64,000 nucleotides of DNA. Source: an uncultured Dehalococcoidaceae bacterium. GTDB lineage: Bacteria; Chloroflexota; Dehalococcoidia; Dehalococcoidales; RBG-16-60-22. The stretch is from contig CAZPQB010000004.1 in assembly GCA_964588605.1 (NCBI GenBank), forward strand, positions 1,341 to 65,340, written 5' to 3'. The notes below the pieces were generated by a model. That model worked only from the letters and a program-made list of their open reading frames with translations. It was not told where the DNA came from and ran no database searches. The position numbers and the translations under genes were made by a program. Of this stretch, positions 8,380 through 18,581 are shown one piece after another. The stretch's first letter is position 1. The number at the start of each line of letters is the position of its first letter.

Positions 8380-9147
8380 ATGATACCAGCAATTATCGTA
8401 ATAGTCGTTGTAGTGCTCATACTCATTCCTATGACAGTAAAAATCGTTACCGAGTATGAGCGGGGGGTTATCTTCAGGCTGGGCCGCCTGGTCGGCGCCA
8501 AGGGACCGGGCCTTTTCCTCATCATCCCCTTCATAGACCGCATGGTGAAGGTAGACCTGCGCGTGGTAACGATGGATGTCCCCTCACAGGAGGTCATCAC
8601 CAAGGACAACGTGACCGTCCGGGTCAATGCCGTGGTCTATTTCCGGGTTGTCGACCCCGAGGCTTCGGTAGTCAAAGTGCTTGACCACATCAGGGCAACT
8701 TCGCAGATATCCCAGACAACACTCAGAAACGTACTGGGACAGTCCGAGCTTGATGAACTGCTGACCCAGAGAGAGAAGCTCAACCAGATGCTGCAGAAGA
8801 TAATCGACGAACACACCGACCCGTGGGGAGTCAAAGTCAGCACGGTGGAGATTAAGGAGGTCGAGCTGGCCGAAGAAATGAAGAGGTCGATGGCAGCTCA
8901 GGCTGAGGCGGAGAGGGAAAGGCGCGCTAAAATCATCCATGCCGAGGGAGAGCTCCAGGCTTCAGAGAAGCTGGCTCAAGCGGCTGCCGTTATCGGCAGG
9001 GAGCCTTCGGCGATACAGCTTCGCTTCCTGTCAACGCTGACCGAAATCGCCAGTGAGAAAAACAGCACCATTCTCTTCCCGATACCGATAGAGTTCCTCA
9101 AGGCTTTCGGCACCAGCCGTGAGGATAGAGAGAAATTAAGTAAATAA
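8380..9147 (+). CDS. SPFH/band-7 (stomatin-like) protein
   Basis: 255 aa. N-terminal TM helix, then [28 protein letters not shown] and a coiled-coil [11 protein letters not shown] region. The NfeD-stomatin operon arrangement is classic. Confidence 0.9.
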   Translation: MIPAIIVIVVVVLILIPMTVKIVTEYERGVIFRLGRLVGAKGPGLFLIIPFIDRMVKVDLRVVTMDVPSQEVITKDNVTVRVNAVVYFRVVDPEASVVKVLDHIRATSQISQTTLRNVLGQSELDELLTQREKLNQMLQKIIDEHTDPWGVKVSTVEIKEVELAEEMKRSMAAQAEAERERRAKIIHAEGELQASEKLAQAAAVIGREPSAIQLRFLSTLTEIASEKNSTILFPIPIEFLKAFGTSREDREKLSK

Positions 9148-9169
9148 GTCAATCAATCTAAGTTAAAAC

Positions 9170-9206
9170 GGGAGGGGGCGTTGCCCCCTCCCAAGCTGTT
9201 TTTTTA
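9170..9206 (+). terminator. Rho-independent terminator after the stomatin gene
   Basis: GGGAGGGGGC (9170-9179), GTT loop, GCCCCCTCCC (9183-9192), then a T7 run at 9199-9205. Confidence 0.8.
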
Positions 9207-9233
9207 CAAAATTTTTTAGTCCAGCAGGTAATG

Positions 9234-10013
9234 TTATTCCTCACGCAGATTGACATCCCCAGCGACAATCTTGGTCAGCTCGCCGTCGTCACGGCGCAGC
9301 CACAAGGCACCGCCTTCATCGACCGAGGAGGCAATACCTTCAATAACCCTGCCACCCATTACCACGGTTACCTTTTTACCCAGCGTCGCCAGTTTATCCC
9401 GCCACGCTTTATAGATATATTCGCTATCCGGTAGAGTCAGATACAGTCGTTCCATTTCAACCAGAAGCTGCCTGACCACATCCGCCAGCACGACTTCTCT
9501 GTTAAGTTCATCTTTGAGACTGGTAGCTGCTACCGAAGCTGCGTCAAGGCCGGAGGGCATTATATTCACATTGATGCCGATACCGATGATAGCGCAGGCG
9601 GTAACACCCTTAAGCTCGTTTTCTATCAGGATGCCGCATACCTTTTTTCCGCCAATAAGGACGTCATTGGGCCACTTAATTAGAGCTTTGAGTCCGGTAA
9701 CCGCTTCAATACTATAGATTACAGCCAGGGAGGCTACCATAATCAGGTAGGGCAGGAAAGAGACATGGGGGTAAAGGATAATGGACAGGGCAATATTCCC
9801 CGGGGGCGATAGCCAGTGACGTTTCAGGCGTCCTCTGGCCGTAGTTTGCTCACCGGCGATGATTACCGTACCTTCGGCAACTCCACGCCGAGCCTCCCGA
9901 CGGGCGATATCCATAGTGGAAATTACCCTCGGATAATAGATAGCCTTTTGCCCGATGAAGCGGGTCTTCAACTCTGCGGTTAACGAAGGCAATGATAACT
10001 CTTCAGCCGTCAT
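9234..10013 (-). CDS. birA: Biotin-[acetyl-CoA-carboxylase] ligase (class I, no N-terminal HTH)
   Basis: 259 aa. Biotin-binding signature ARGRLKRHWLSPPGN, KWPNDVL, and a C-terminal SH3-like tail. Confidence 0.85.
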   Translation of the reverse strand: MTAEELSLPSLTAELKTRFIGQKAIYYPRVISTMDIARREARRGVAEGTVIIAGEQTTARGRLKRHWLSPPGNIALSIILYPHVSFLPYLIMVASLAVIYSIEAVTGLKALIKWPNDVLIGGKKVCGILIENELKGVTACAIIGIGINVNIMPSGLDAASVAATSLKDELNREVVLADVVRQLLVEMERLYLTLPDSEYIYKAWRDKLATLGKKVTVVMGGRVIEGIASSVDEGGALWLRRDDGELTKIVAGDVNLREE

Positions 10014-10056
10014 ATATGGACTATTTTAACATGTTAACGGGGGCTATTGAAGTAAA

Positions 10057-10080
10057 GGCGGGGAGAGTGAACTCCCCGCC
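10057..10080 (-). terminator. Hairpin terminator downstream of the AraC-family gene
   Basis: GGCGGGGAG (10057-10065) pairs with CTCCCCGCC (10072-10080). T-rich tracts flank it on both strands (TTTACTT on the minus strand). Confidence 0.55.
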
Positions 10081-10107
10081 TCTTTTCCACCTGAAAAAGC
10101 CGGTAAT

Positions 10108-10977
10108 TTACTTATTCTTGACGACAGGTATCCATATCTGGCACTGCATCTCATTACCCTGTTTTTCAGGAAAATAGATTTCAAGCTCCGGCTTGGCGTC
10201 ATGCTCGTAGCCGGTAGAAGGGAACCACTCGCTGAAGATGCGCTTGGTGACGTCCTGAAGGTTCGCCAGGGTGCAATCGAATACTGCCCAGGTCGCCGCC
10301 GGGATTTCCATCCTTTCAAATGGATCCGCCGAGCCGTTTTCAGAGAGTTCCACCCCGATACCGTAAGAAAAATCCACCGGCTTGTCGTCAGCGAAGCAGA
10401 TGCCGAGCATACCACTTCCGGTCACGGCACCGGCCTTGTTGCCAGTGAGGGACATCATCTTGGAACACTCCGGGGATTTTACAAATTCATCCCACCATTT
10501 GGGAATCTGTACAAAGTTCTGTCCATTAGCCGTGGTGAACTGCCTCGTGGTTACAGCTATGGGGAAAGCCGGTTTCTCGATAATCCGATAGTCCATGTCG
10601 TTACCTCCTTTCAAAGCGATATGAAAAGAGATGCGCGGGAAGGCCGTTAGGGTAACCCCCGGCTCGCGCGCCGCCGTCGGAGTTATGCCGTGCACATTCC
10701 TGAAGGCTCGGGTGAATGAGTCTGGCGATTCGTAGCCGTACTTCATGGCGATATCGATTACCTTATTGTTACCGGAGGTTAGTTCCCTGGCAGCCAGGGT
10801 GAGCCTTCTCCGCCTGGCGTATTCCGCCGGCGTGACGCCGTTCACGGCAAAGAAGATCCGCTGGAAATGAAACGTAGAACAACATGCCCTTTTAGCCGCT
10901 TCATTGAAGTCTATCTCACCCTCCAGGTTCTCCTCAATATAGTCTATCGCCGTGTTCATTCTTTCCGACCATTCCAT
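10108..10977 (-). CDS. AraC-family transcriptional regulator with C-terminal GyrI-like effector-binding domain
   Basis: 289 aa. N-terminal HTH_18 pattern (FHFQRIFFAVNGVTPAEYARRRRL...ESPDSFTRAFR) plus a GyrI/SOUL-like C-terminal half. Confidence 0.85.
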   Translation of the reverse strand: MEWSERMNTAIDYIEENLEGEIDFNEAAKRACCSTFHFQRIFFAVNGVTPAEYARRRRLTLAARELTSGNNKVIDIAMKYGYESPDSFTRAFRNVHGITPTAAREPGVTLTAFPRISFHIALKGGNDMDYRIIEKPAFPIAVTTRQFTTANGQNFVQIPKWWDEFVKSPECSKMMSLTGNKAGAVTGSGMLGICFADDKPVDFSYGIGVELSENGSADPFERMEIPAATWAVFDCTLANLQDVTKRIFSEWFPSTGYEHDAKPELEIYFPEKQGNEMQCQIWIPVVKNK

Positions 10978-11196
10978 ACTTCCGCGTCTCCTTCAATAAC
11001 ACTATAACAGTGCTAGATGCTATTGTCCCGACTTTCCCTGCGTACTAATGCAGGGTGGATACTGGAGGGGCATCAATTAAGCCAGAAACATACCACAGGA
11101 CTTCTGGCAGATTGTATTAACCGATAATTGATAATACCACAAGGAGCATGGTAATAAAATGGAATGATGGAATATACGGCGGGCTGAAGAGAAAGG

Positions 11197-11934
11197 TTAG
11201 ACTCTTACTTTAACAAAGGGAAGGATTTGGATACCGACGCCGGGTTTTATTTCAAACCTGATATCTCCCTGTGCCAGGCGGTCGGCTCCGGCCAGCTTGG
11301 TGACATCCAGAATTTTAATCTGCCGCGTATCTACCTGGCCGGGGTCAAGCATAGCATCGTGAGACCTGAGTTTCAGGTAGTAATCACTCATGGCATGGGC
11401 ACGATGGAGCAAATTCCCTTCATATACATGCCTGTCCACAACCAGTACAATTGACCTGTCCTGCTCACACAGTTCCTTGCATGTCTGTAAGAAGTCTACT
11501 TTGGCCACGGGCTCGACACGGGTAATGAGCGGTGTTACGGAGTCCACCATGATAAGCTTAAACCGCCTGGGAAGTGTAGCCATACTGTTCAAAAGCTTTT
11601 GAAGGCACTCTTTGCTGTTGGTAACATAGTCGCCCGAATAAAGGGGTAAAATACGAAACCGGTCGGTCATAAAGTCCTTTTTTACCGCCAGCGATATGGA
11701 ATCCATCTGGTCAACCAGCTCTAAATCAGTGTATTTCTTCGTATAATAGGCTACCGAAGTTTCTTTAGAATTGAGGATACCATAGGTAATGTACTGGCAT
11801 AAGACACTCTTGCCGGTCTTAGCTTCACCTTCAATTAATATCAGGGAGCCTTCACGGATTCCCCCACCCAGAGCCTCGGCTATTTCCCTGACACCGGTGG
11901 TGATAGAGTCCATTGTGGTTGTCATGCCTAACAT
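11197..11934 (-). CDS. Single-domain RecA-superfamily ATPase, KaiC/ArlH(FlaH)-like
   Basis: 245 aa. ALGGGIREGSLILIEGEAKTGKSVL contains Walker A and FKLIMVDSVT is Walker B. The length and layout resemble archaeal ArlH/FlaH or single-domain KaiC proteins. Confidence 0.65.
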   Translation of the reverse strand: MLGMTTTMDSITTGVREIAEALGGGIREGSLILIEGEAKTGKSVLCQYITYGILNSKETSVAYYTKKYTDLELVDQMDSISLAVKKDFMTDRFRILPLYSGDYVTNSKECLQKLLNSMATLPRRFKLIMVDSVTPLITRVEPVAKVDFLQTCKELCEQDRSIVLVVDRHVYEGNLLHRAHAMSDYYLKLRSHDAMLDPGQVDTRQIKILDVTKLAGADRLAQGDIRFEIKPGVGIQILPFVKVRV

Positions 11935-12058
11935 GGTAATAATACTCCCAATCTATCGCCCAAGTTTAACCCTAGGGATATAAAGACGGCATAAAAAGTG
12001 CAGGAAAAGGCATAAACATTTCGTAAATGATTTTCAGAAGTTATTGAAATAATAATAA

Positions 12059-12088
12059 TTGACAATGTGATTGTATTTCATTTAAAAT
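12059..12088 (+). promoter_or_regulatory. Candidate promoter for the second NfeD/SPFH pair (TTGACA-18 nt-TAAAAT)
   Basis: TTGACA at 12059-12064 and TAAAAT at 12083-12088. An AAGGAG RBS lies before GTG 12137. Confidence 0.45.
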
Positions 12089-12136
12089 TACGAACACTTA
12101 GCCAGCATATAATCACATGGGAAGGAGATAACGATT

Positions 12137-12613
12137 GTGAACGGTGCTGTAGAAGTAGCCTTCTTCGATTCCTGGGCGTGGCTGATATTCGTCGCCATTG
12201 GTCTGGTAATGGTTCTAATGGAACTCATCATTGGCATAGATACCGGACTCGACCTGGTGTTCATCGGCACCGCCTTCATCATCGGCGGTCTGGTAACAAT
12301 GGCATTGCGTTCCTGGGTCTGGACCGCCGTTGCTACCGTGATAATCTGCATCATCTATTTAATAGCCGGCCGCAGATACGTGCATAGAAAGATGGCTGTA
12401 GCGCAAGAAAAAACAAACATAGATGCTATTATCGGTAAGACAGGCGTGGTCCAGCAGGACATCAGCCGAACTAGCGGCGGAATGGTCAAGATAGGCATGG
12501 AGCAATGGAAGGCAAGGGCAGAGGAGGACATTAAGGAAGGCGAGGAGATAGTCGTTACAAGCATTAGCGGCGTGACGCTAAACGTGAAAAGGATAGAAGG
12601 AGGTAGTCAATAA
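12137..12613 (+). CDS. NfeD-family protein, short form (TM helices + OB domain)
   Basis: 158 aa. Three hydrophobic helices followed by IIGKTGVV...W.A....I.EGEEIVV, the NfeD C-terminal motif. GTG start with an AAGGAG RBS. The stop lies 1 nt before the next gene. Confidence 0.75.
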   Translation: MNGAVEVAFFDSWAWLIFVAIGLVMVLMELIIGIDTGLDLVFIGTAFIIGGLVTMALRSWVWTAVATVIICIIYLIAGRRYVHRKMAVAQEKTNIDAIIGKTGVVQQDISRTSGGMVKIGMEQWKARAEEDIKEGEEIVVTSISGVTLNVKRIEGGSQ

Positions 12614-12614
12614 A

Positions 12615-13505
12615 ATGAATGTCGGAGTTATAATTGTTATTGTCATCGTTGTTCTAATCTTCATTGTGGCACTCGCCAAATCGATTACAGTCATTCACCA
12701 GGCCCAGAAAGGCATCGTAGAAAGATTTGGCAGATATAAAGAGACTCTCGAACCCGGCCTGCGCATTATCGTACCGTTTGTCGACTCCGTGGTGTCCAGA
12801 ATAGACATGAGGGAAACGGTTCTCGATGTCGAGCCGCAGCCGGTCATCACCAATGATAATGTCACGGTAACGGTGGATGCGGTCGTCTACTACTATGTCA
12901 CGGATGCCAAAGCGGTCAGGTATGAGGTGGCCAACTTCTACGTGGCCGTCAGCAAGCTAGCCCAGACCAATCTCAGGAACGTAATCGGTGAGATGAGCCT
13001 TGACGAGACCCTGACATCGAGGGAACGCATTAATGCCGCCCTGAGGCTAACGCTTGACGAGGCTACCGACAAATGGGGGGTGAAGGTAACCCGGGTGGAA
13101 GTAAAAGAGATTGAGCCGCCCCACGACATCACCGATGCCATGAGCAAGCAGATGAAGGCGGAGAGGGAAAAGAGGGCCACCATTCTGGAAGCGGAAGCCT
13201 ACCGGCAGAAACAAATCCTGGAGGCTGAAGGCGATAAGCAGAACGCCATACTGGTGGCCGAAGGAGCAAGGCAGGCCGCTATATTAAGGGCGGAAGGCGA
13301 AGCCAAGGCAATCGAAAACGTATCTACGGCTGCCGATAAATATTTCGTGGGGAATGCGCAGCTGCTGAAGCAGCTTGAGGTTACGCAGGCTTCTCTGCAG
13401 GACAATTCCAAGCTCGTTGTGTCCGACCAGTCCAAATTGATTAATGTCCTGGGACTCGGGGAGGCGCTTTCGCAGGCAAAACCGCCGGAGAAAAGGGCTG
13501 ATTAG
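12615..13505 (+). CDS. SPFH/band-7 protein (stomatin/prohibitin-like) with long coiled-coil tail
   Basis: 296 aa. N-terminal TM helix, [25 protein letters not shown], and a repeated AEG...A tail. Confidence 0.9.
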   Translation: MNVGVIIVIVIVVLIFIVALAKSITVIHQAQKGIVERFGRYKETLEPGLRIIVPFVDSVVSRIDMRETVLDVEPQPVITNDNVTVTVDAVVYYYVTDAKAVRYEVANFYVAVSKLAQTNLRNVIGEMSLDETLTSRERINAALRLTLDEATDKWGVKVTRVEVKEIEPPHDITDAMSKQMKAEREKRATILEAEAYRQKQILEAEGDKQNAILVAEGARQAAILRAEGEAKAIENVSTAADKYFVGNAQLLKQLEVTQASLQDNSKLVVSDQSKLINVLGLGEALSQAKPPEKRAD

Positions 13506-13591
13506 TCAGTTTTATTCATACATCTTGACAAATACAGCCGACAATAGTAATCTTAGTCCAATTACGACTCGATACATACAGGAGGTCAGGA

Positions 13592-14212
13592 ATGGAGATG
13601 GAAAATAGAGCCTATCCGGTTACGCTCAGGGGCGAGCTCACCATCCCGCCAAGCCGGGGGTGGTGGCTGCTCAAGTGGCTGCTTGGTATCCCGCATTATA
13701 TTATACTCTTCTTCCTGTGGATAGCCTTTATAGTGGTATGGATTATCGCCTTCTTTGCCATATTATTCACTGCGAAATATCCGAGGAGTCTGTTCGATTT
13801 CAACAACGGGGTAATACGCTGGACGTGGCGGGTGGGTTTCTATAGCTACCACGCGCTGGGCACTGATAAATACCCTCCCTTCAGCCTCGACGCCGACCCC
13901 AACTACCCGGCCGACCTGGACATACCTTACACTGAAAAAATGTCACGCGGTCTGGTGCTGGTGAAGTGGTGGCTACTGGCTATTCCACACTACATTATTG
14001 TTGCCGCCTTCCAGGGAGGCTGGGGGCGTAGCAATGTTGGTCTGGTGACGATTCTGGCTATTTTTGGTGCAGTGGCGTTGCTATTCACCGGCAAATATCC
14101 CGATGATATCTTCAAGCTGGTTATCGGCTTTAACCGGTGGGCATACCGCGTGGCGGCTTATGTGACGTTGATGACGGATGAATACCCGCCCTTCCGCCTG
14201 TGGGATGACTAG
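13592..14212 (+). CDS. Membrane protein with two DUF4389-like repeats
   Basis: 206 aa. Two internal copies of a unit ending in a tryptophan-rich helix and (F/L)(T/F)(A/G)KYP...YPPF(S/R)L. The family assignment is from memory of the DUF4389 pattern. Confidence 0.55.
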   Translation: MEMENRAYPVTLRGELTIPPSRGWWLLKWLLGIPHYIILFFLWIAFIVVWIIAFFAILFTAKYPRSLFDFNNGVIRWTWRVGFYSYHALGTDKYPPFSLDADPNYPADLDIPYTEKMSRGLVLVKWWLLAIPHYIIVAAFQGGWGRSNVGLVTILAIFGAVALLFTGKYPDDIFKLVIGFNRWAYRVAAYVTLMTDEYPPFRLWDD

Positions 14213-15018
14213 GGCATAATCTGGCACTTTGGACAGAAGTAGGTGCCGCGGTTACGCACCACGATGCGCTTGATGGGGGTGCCGCAGGTGGGACAGTTCT
14301 TGCCGGTGCCGTGAGCGACCCTGAACTCGAAGTGGGCAGTGCCCGGATTGCCATCAGGGCGAAAGTAGCTTCGTACACTGGCTCCCTTATTGCCGATAGC
14401 CGACGATAACACCCGCCTGATAGCGCGGTGAAGTCGGTTAATCTCATCATTTGAGAGGCTTTCTGTCGGTCTTAAAGGGTGTATTCTCGCCTCGAAGAGG
14501 GCTTCATCGGCATACATGTTGCCGATGCCGGCAATCACCGACTGGTCCAGCAACACCGGCTTTATCGGCGCCGTTCGATTTCGCAGTCGCTGTGCCAGAA
14601 CTTGAGGCGTAAAGCTATCCTCCAGAGGCTCCGGGCCCAATTTGTCAGCTACAGCACGCTCGTCTCCAGCCAGCCACATCACCCCAAACTTGCGCGAGTC
14701 CGAGAAATGGAGTTCCGTACCATCATCAAGATGGAATATGGCCCTGGTAAATCTATCATCAGCCGGGTCTATCAGCAGCGAGCCGGTCATCTTCATGTGC
14801 ATTACCAGTATCTCGCCGCTGCTAAGGTGAAAGAAAAGGTACTTGCCGCGCCGGTTCAAGCCGGTTATTCTCTGTCCGACGACACGAGAATAAAATCCCT
14901 CAACAGAGGGCTGGCGGACTATCCCTTCCCAGAGCAAGGTAACGCTGGTGATTTCATGCCCGAGGATATAGGGTAGCAGTTCATTCTTAATGGTCTCGAC
15001 TTCGGGTAATTCAGGCAC
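14209..15018 (-). CDS. mutM: Formamidopyrimidine-DNA glycosylase
   Basis: 269 aa. N-terminal MPELPEVETI, an H2TH region, and a C-terminal zinc finger (CPTCGTPI...YFCPKCQ). Confidence 0.92.
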   Translation of the reverse strand: MPELPEVETIKNELLPYILGHEITSVTLLWEGIVRQPSVEGFYSRVVGQRITGLNRRGKYLFFHLSSGEILVMHMKMTGSLLIDPADDRFTRAIFHLDDGTELHFSDSRKFGVMWLAGDERAVADKLGPEPLEDSFTPQVLAQRLRNRTAPIKPVLLDQSVIAGIGNMYADEALFEARIHPLRPTESLSNDEINRLHRAIRRVLSSAIGNKGASVRSYFRPDGNPGTAHFEFRVAHGTGKNCPTCGTPIKRIVVRNRGTYFCPKCQIMP

Positions 15019-15021
15019 TGC

Positions 15022-17760
15022 CTACTTCATCTCTCCCCAGTTTTTACCTTCTTTGGTATCCACCTTGAGCGGGATAGCCAGTTCTACCGCTGCGGACATT
15101 ACGTCGGGAACGAGTTTACGCATGGTCGCCATTTCATCTTCAATCACCTCGAAGACAAGCTCATCATGCACCTGGAGCAGCATCTTACTCTTCAGTCGCC
15201 GCTTCTCCATCTCACGATACATATTTATCATCGCCACTTTGATAATATCCGCAGAAGTCCCCTGTACCGGCATATTGATAGCCATGCGTTCGGCAGCCTC
15301 CCTGACCTGGCGATTCGACGAGTTGATATCCGGGATAAAGCGCCTCCTGCCCAGCAATGTCTGCACATAACCATTCCGCCTCGCCTGTTCCCTGGTAGCA
15401 TCAAAATACTTCCTGACGCCGGGATATTTCTCAAAGTAAGCGGCGATAAACTGAGACGCTTCCTCGCGGGACAGCTCGGTGGCCTGCTCCAGTCCATAGT
15501 CGCTCATACCGTAGATAACACCGAAATTGACCGTCTTGGCGAACCGCCGCATATCGGGCGTTATCTGAGAAGGCTCGATACCATAAATCTGAGCAGCCGT
15601 GGCCGCATGGATATCCTCATCATTTCTGAAGGCACGCAGCAGTCCTTCATCCTGAGACAGGTGCGCCAGAGCCCGGAGGTCTATCTGCGAATAGTCCCCG
15701 GCGAGGAGGTAAGAGTTATCTGGAGCGACAAAAGCCTGCCTCACCTGCCCCCCCAGCTCTCCGCGAACGGGGATATTCTGCATATTGGGGTCGCTTGAGG
15801 AAAGCCGTCCGGTAGCCGTCCGGGTCTGGTTAAAGCTGGTATGAATCCGCCCGGTTTTCGGGTTTACCAGACCGGGTAAGGCGTCAATATAAGTCGACTT
15901 TATTTTAGTCAACTGGCGGTATTCCAAAATGTCGCCGGCGATGGCGAAATCCTTGCGGAATTCCTCCAGAACCGACGCCTCGGTTGAATATTTACTCTTG
16001 CCCCTACGCGTTGTCGGCAGATGCAGTTCATCGTAGAGGACACGGCCAAGCTGCTGGGGTGAGTTGATATTGAATTCATGACCGGCCTGGCTGTATATCC
16101 GCTCTTCCAGTCCGGCTACCTGCTCGCCGAGATGCTGTGACATATCGCCCAGCATCCCCGTGTCCAGGGCGACACCGTTCATCTCCATATCCAAGAGCAC
16201 CGGAACCAGCGGCATCTCGACTTCATTGAATAACTTCAACAGACCCTGCACGCCAAGCTCTTTCTGGAACAACCCCACCAGCCTCAACGTCATGTCGGCA
16301 TCGGCAGAGGCGTAGTCAGCCGACTGTTTTATGTCAACCTGAGACATCGAGAGCTGCTTGGCGCCTTTGCCGATAAGGGCACTGATAGGCGTCATCTCAA
16401 TAGCCAGCTTGCTGAAGGCCAGGGCTTTCAGGCCGAGGGACTTCTCCCCCAGAAGGTAGGCGGCAATCATGGTATCACAGGTCAGGTTATTTACAGCAAC
16501 ACCGTACTGCGCCAGCACCATCATATCGTACTTGCCGTTGTGAGCCAGCTTGGCTGTCTTACTATCCTCGAAAACGGGCTTGAGCCGGTTAATGACCTGT
16601 TCCAATGGCAACTGCGTCACCTCGTCCAGGATGACATGGCCAACCGGAATGTAATAAGCCGTGCCCGGCTCGACGGACAGGGATATGCCCACCAGCTTCG
16701 CCAGCATGGGGTTCAGGCCGGTGGTCTCGGTATCAAAGGCGAACGAACCGGCGGACGTCAGCTTACCGGCCAGTTCGTCGAGGGCTTCGGTGGTAGCTAC
16801 GATATGGTAGTCTCCCCGTGCCTGCTCAGCGGTGACTTCCACCGAAGCCGACTCCGCTTCCGTACCCGGCAATTTGGGCAGCAGACTGTAGAACTCAAGC
16901 TCGCGGAGGAAGTCGGCCACCTGCTTGCGGTCGAACTGGCTGACCCGGCAATCATCCATGTTCAGCTTGACCGGCGTTTGGGTGACGATGGTAGCCAGCT
17001 CCTTGCTCCGGTGAGCCAGGGCCTCGTTCTGCTTGAATATCTCCTGGAGGCGGGGCGGGGTAACATCGTCTAAATGAGCGTAGATTTCTTCCAGCGTGCC
17101 GAACCGCTGAATCAGCTTGACGGCGGTCTTCTCGCCGATGCCGGGGATACCGGGGATGTTGTCCGAGGCATCACCCACCATAGCCTTGAGGTCGGTGATG
17201 TGCTCCGGACTGACGCCATATTTCTCGCTTACCGCGGCCTCGTCGAAAAGCGTGGTATCGCTGAAGGTCTTACCGGCTTTAGGATAGAGCACCTTGACGC
17301 CGGGGGAGACAAGCTGCATGGTGTCGGCGTCGCCGGTGACGATAATGGTGTCAATGCCCTGCTGGCTTGCCTGCCGACTCAGCGTTCCCAGGACATCATC
17401 GGCTTCATAGTCATCAATCTCAAAGAGGGGGATACAGAAGGCTTCCACGAGCTGCTTGACGCGGTCTATCTGACTGACCAGCTCATCAGGGGTGGGCGGG
17501 CGCTGCGCTTTATACTGGTCAAACATCTTGTGGCGGAAGGTGGGGCCTTTCTTATCAAAGGCGATGGCGTAATGGGTGGGCTTGAGCTCGCTGAGCACCT
17601 TGAGGAGCATGAGGGCAAAGCCATAAACGGCACTGACGACCTCGCCGGTCCTGGATACAGTCAGCGGCGTCGCCTGCCGGTACCTGGTGGCGCCGAAGGC
17701 ATGGTAGGCGCGATGCACGATAGCATTGCCGTCAAAGAGGACTAAAAGAGGCTTATCCAT
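15022..17760 (-). CDS. polA: DNA polymerase I (5'-3' exonuclease, 3'-5' exonuclease and polymerase domains)
   Basis: 912 aa. Contains FAFDTETTGL (exonuclease I), DYSQIDLRALAH (motif A), RRFAKTVNFGVIYG (motif B) and QVHDELVFE (motif C). Confidence 0.97.
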   Translation of the reverse strand: MDKPLLVLFDGNAIVHRAYHAFGATRYRQATPLTVSRTGEVVSAVYGFALMLLKVLSELKPTHYAIAFDKKGPTFRHKMFDQYKAQRPPTPDELVSQIDRVKQLVEAFCIPLFEIDDYEADDVLGTLSRQASQQGIDTIIVTGDADTMQLVSPGVKVLYPKAGKTFSDTTLFDEAAVSEKYGVSPEHITDLKAMVGDASDNIPGIPGIGEKTAVKLIQRFGTLEEIYAHLDDVTPPRLQEIFKQNEALAHRSKELATIVTQTPVKLNMDDCRVSQFDRKQVADFLRELEFYSLLPKLPGTEAESASVEVTAEQARGDYHIVATTEALDELAGKLTSAGSFAFDTETTGLNPMLAKLVGISLSVEPGTAYYIPVGHVILDEVTQLPLEQVINRLKPVFEDSKTAKLAHNGKYDMMVLAQYGVAVNNLTCDTMIAAYLLGEKSLGLKALAFSKLAIEMTPISALIGKGAKQLSMSQVDIKQSADYASADADMTLRLVGLFQKELGVQGLLKLFNEVEMPLVPVLLDMEMNGVALDTGMLGDMSQHLGEQVAGLEERIYSQAGHEFNINSPQQLGRVLYDELHLPTTRRGKSKYSTEASVLEEFRKDFAIAGDILEYRQLTKIKSTYIDALPGLVNPKTGRIHTSFNQTRTATGRLSSSDPNMQNIPVRGELGGQVRQAFVAPDNSYLLAGDYSQIDLRALAHLSQDEGLLRAFRNDEDIHAATAAQIYGIEPSQITPDMRRFAKTVNFGVIYGMSDYGLEQATELSREEASQFIAAYFEKYPGVRKYFDATREQARRNGYVQTLLGRRRFIPDINSSNRQVREAAERMAINMPVQGTSADIIKVAMINMYREMEKRRLKSKMLLQVHDELVFEVIEDEMATMRKLVPDVMSAAVELAIPLKVDTKEGKNWGEMK

Positions 17761-17997
17761 AACCCAATTATAGCAGAGGGGGGAGGGGGACTGAAAATCC
17801 GGTAGTGTATCATTTTAACTGGGGGTAACAAAACAAAAATGCATATATTAGTCCAGATGTAATTACTAATTCCTACTACAAATTGACCCACTACCCAAGT
17901 GTTTGGGATTTTCTTAGTTTACCAACGATATGACAAAATATGATATACTTAAAGAGAACGCCTGTTCTATAATATGAGGAAATAGATGGTAACACAC

Positions 17998-18025
17998 TTG
18001 ACTTTTTATGCACGAGTGTTAAAAT
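17998..18025 (+). promoter_or_regulatory. Promoter of the two-gene AT-rich islet (TTGACT-16 nt-TAAAAT with TGn extension)
   Basis: TTGACT at 17998-18003, TGT then TAAAAT at 18017-18025, and an AAGGGAG RBS before ATG 18055. Confidence 0.5.
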
Positions 18026-18054
18026 TTACATAAATAGTAAATAAGGGAGCAAGG

Positions 18055-18576
18055 ATGGCTGGTATCACTTTTCAGTTTGACCGAAGAAAAGCTATTGAAG
18101 CAATATTATATCTCGCAAAGAGAGTATCTGATTCGGATATTTACGGTATTTGTAAACTGCTATATTTGGTTGATAAGACTTGTCTTGAAAAATATGGGCG
18201 ATTTATATTCGGCGAAACATACTGTGCGATGAAGGAAGGCTCTACACCATCAAATGCGTATGATTTACTCAAAGAGGCTTCTCAAATACCCATAAATGAG
18301 CTACAAGTTGAAGGGAACCAAGTTATTGCTAAGCGTGATGCCGATTTAGAGTATTTAAGTGAATCAGATATTGAGTGTTTAGACCAAATTATAAATGTGT
18401 GGGGTAAAGTACCTAACTGGTCTAGAAGAGATGCTGCACATGATGATGCTTGGAAGAAAGCTTGGGGTAAGAGAGGGGGAAAGGGAAGTGTCAAAATACC
18501 AGTTGAAAGCATTGCGGAACTATTTGATGACTCGGAAGATTTAATCAATTTCTTATCTAACGCGGATACAGGGTAG
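18055..18576 (+). CDS. Panacea/DUF4065 (SocA/GepA-like) domain protein, candidate antitoxin
   Basis: 173 aa. AILYLAKR...ICKLLYLVDKTCLEKYGRFIFGETYCAMKEGSTPSNAYDLL fits the remembered Panacea-domain pattern (KLLY...G.p....Y.A...GP.P..Y). Confidence 0.6.
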   Translation: MAGITFQFDRRKAIEAILYLAKRVSDSDIYGICKLLYLVDKTCLEKYGRFIFGETYCAMKEGSTPSNAYDLLKEASQIPINELQVEGNQVIAKRDADLEYLSESDIECLDQIINVWGKVPNWSRRDAAHDDAWKKAWGKRGGKGSVKIPVESIAELFDDSEDLINFLSNADTG

Positions 18577-18581
18577 ATGCC

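Noticed and set aside
12067-12387. 106-aa plus-strand ORF overlapping the start of the short NfeD gene
   Set aside because: It is an alternative frame of the same region. It begins inside the predicted promoter (12059-12088), has no RBS, and is His/Arg-rich low complexity. The 12137 GTG frame has an AAGGAG RBS and the NfeD motif.
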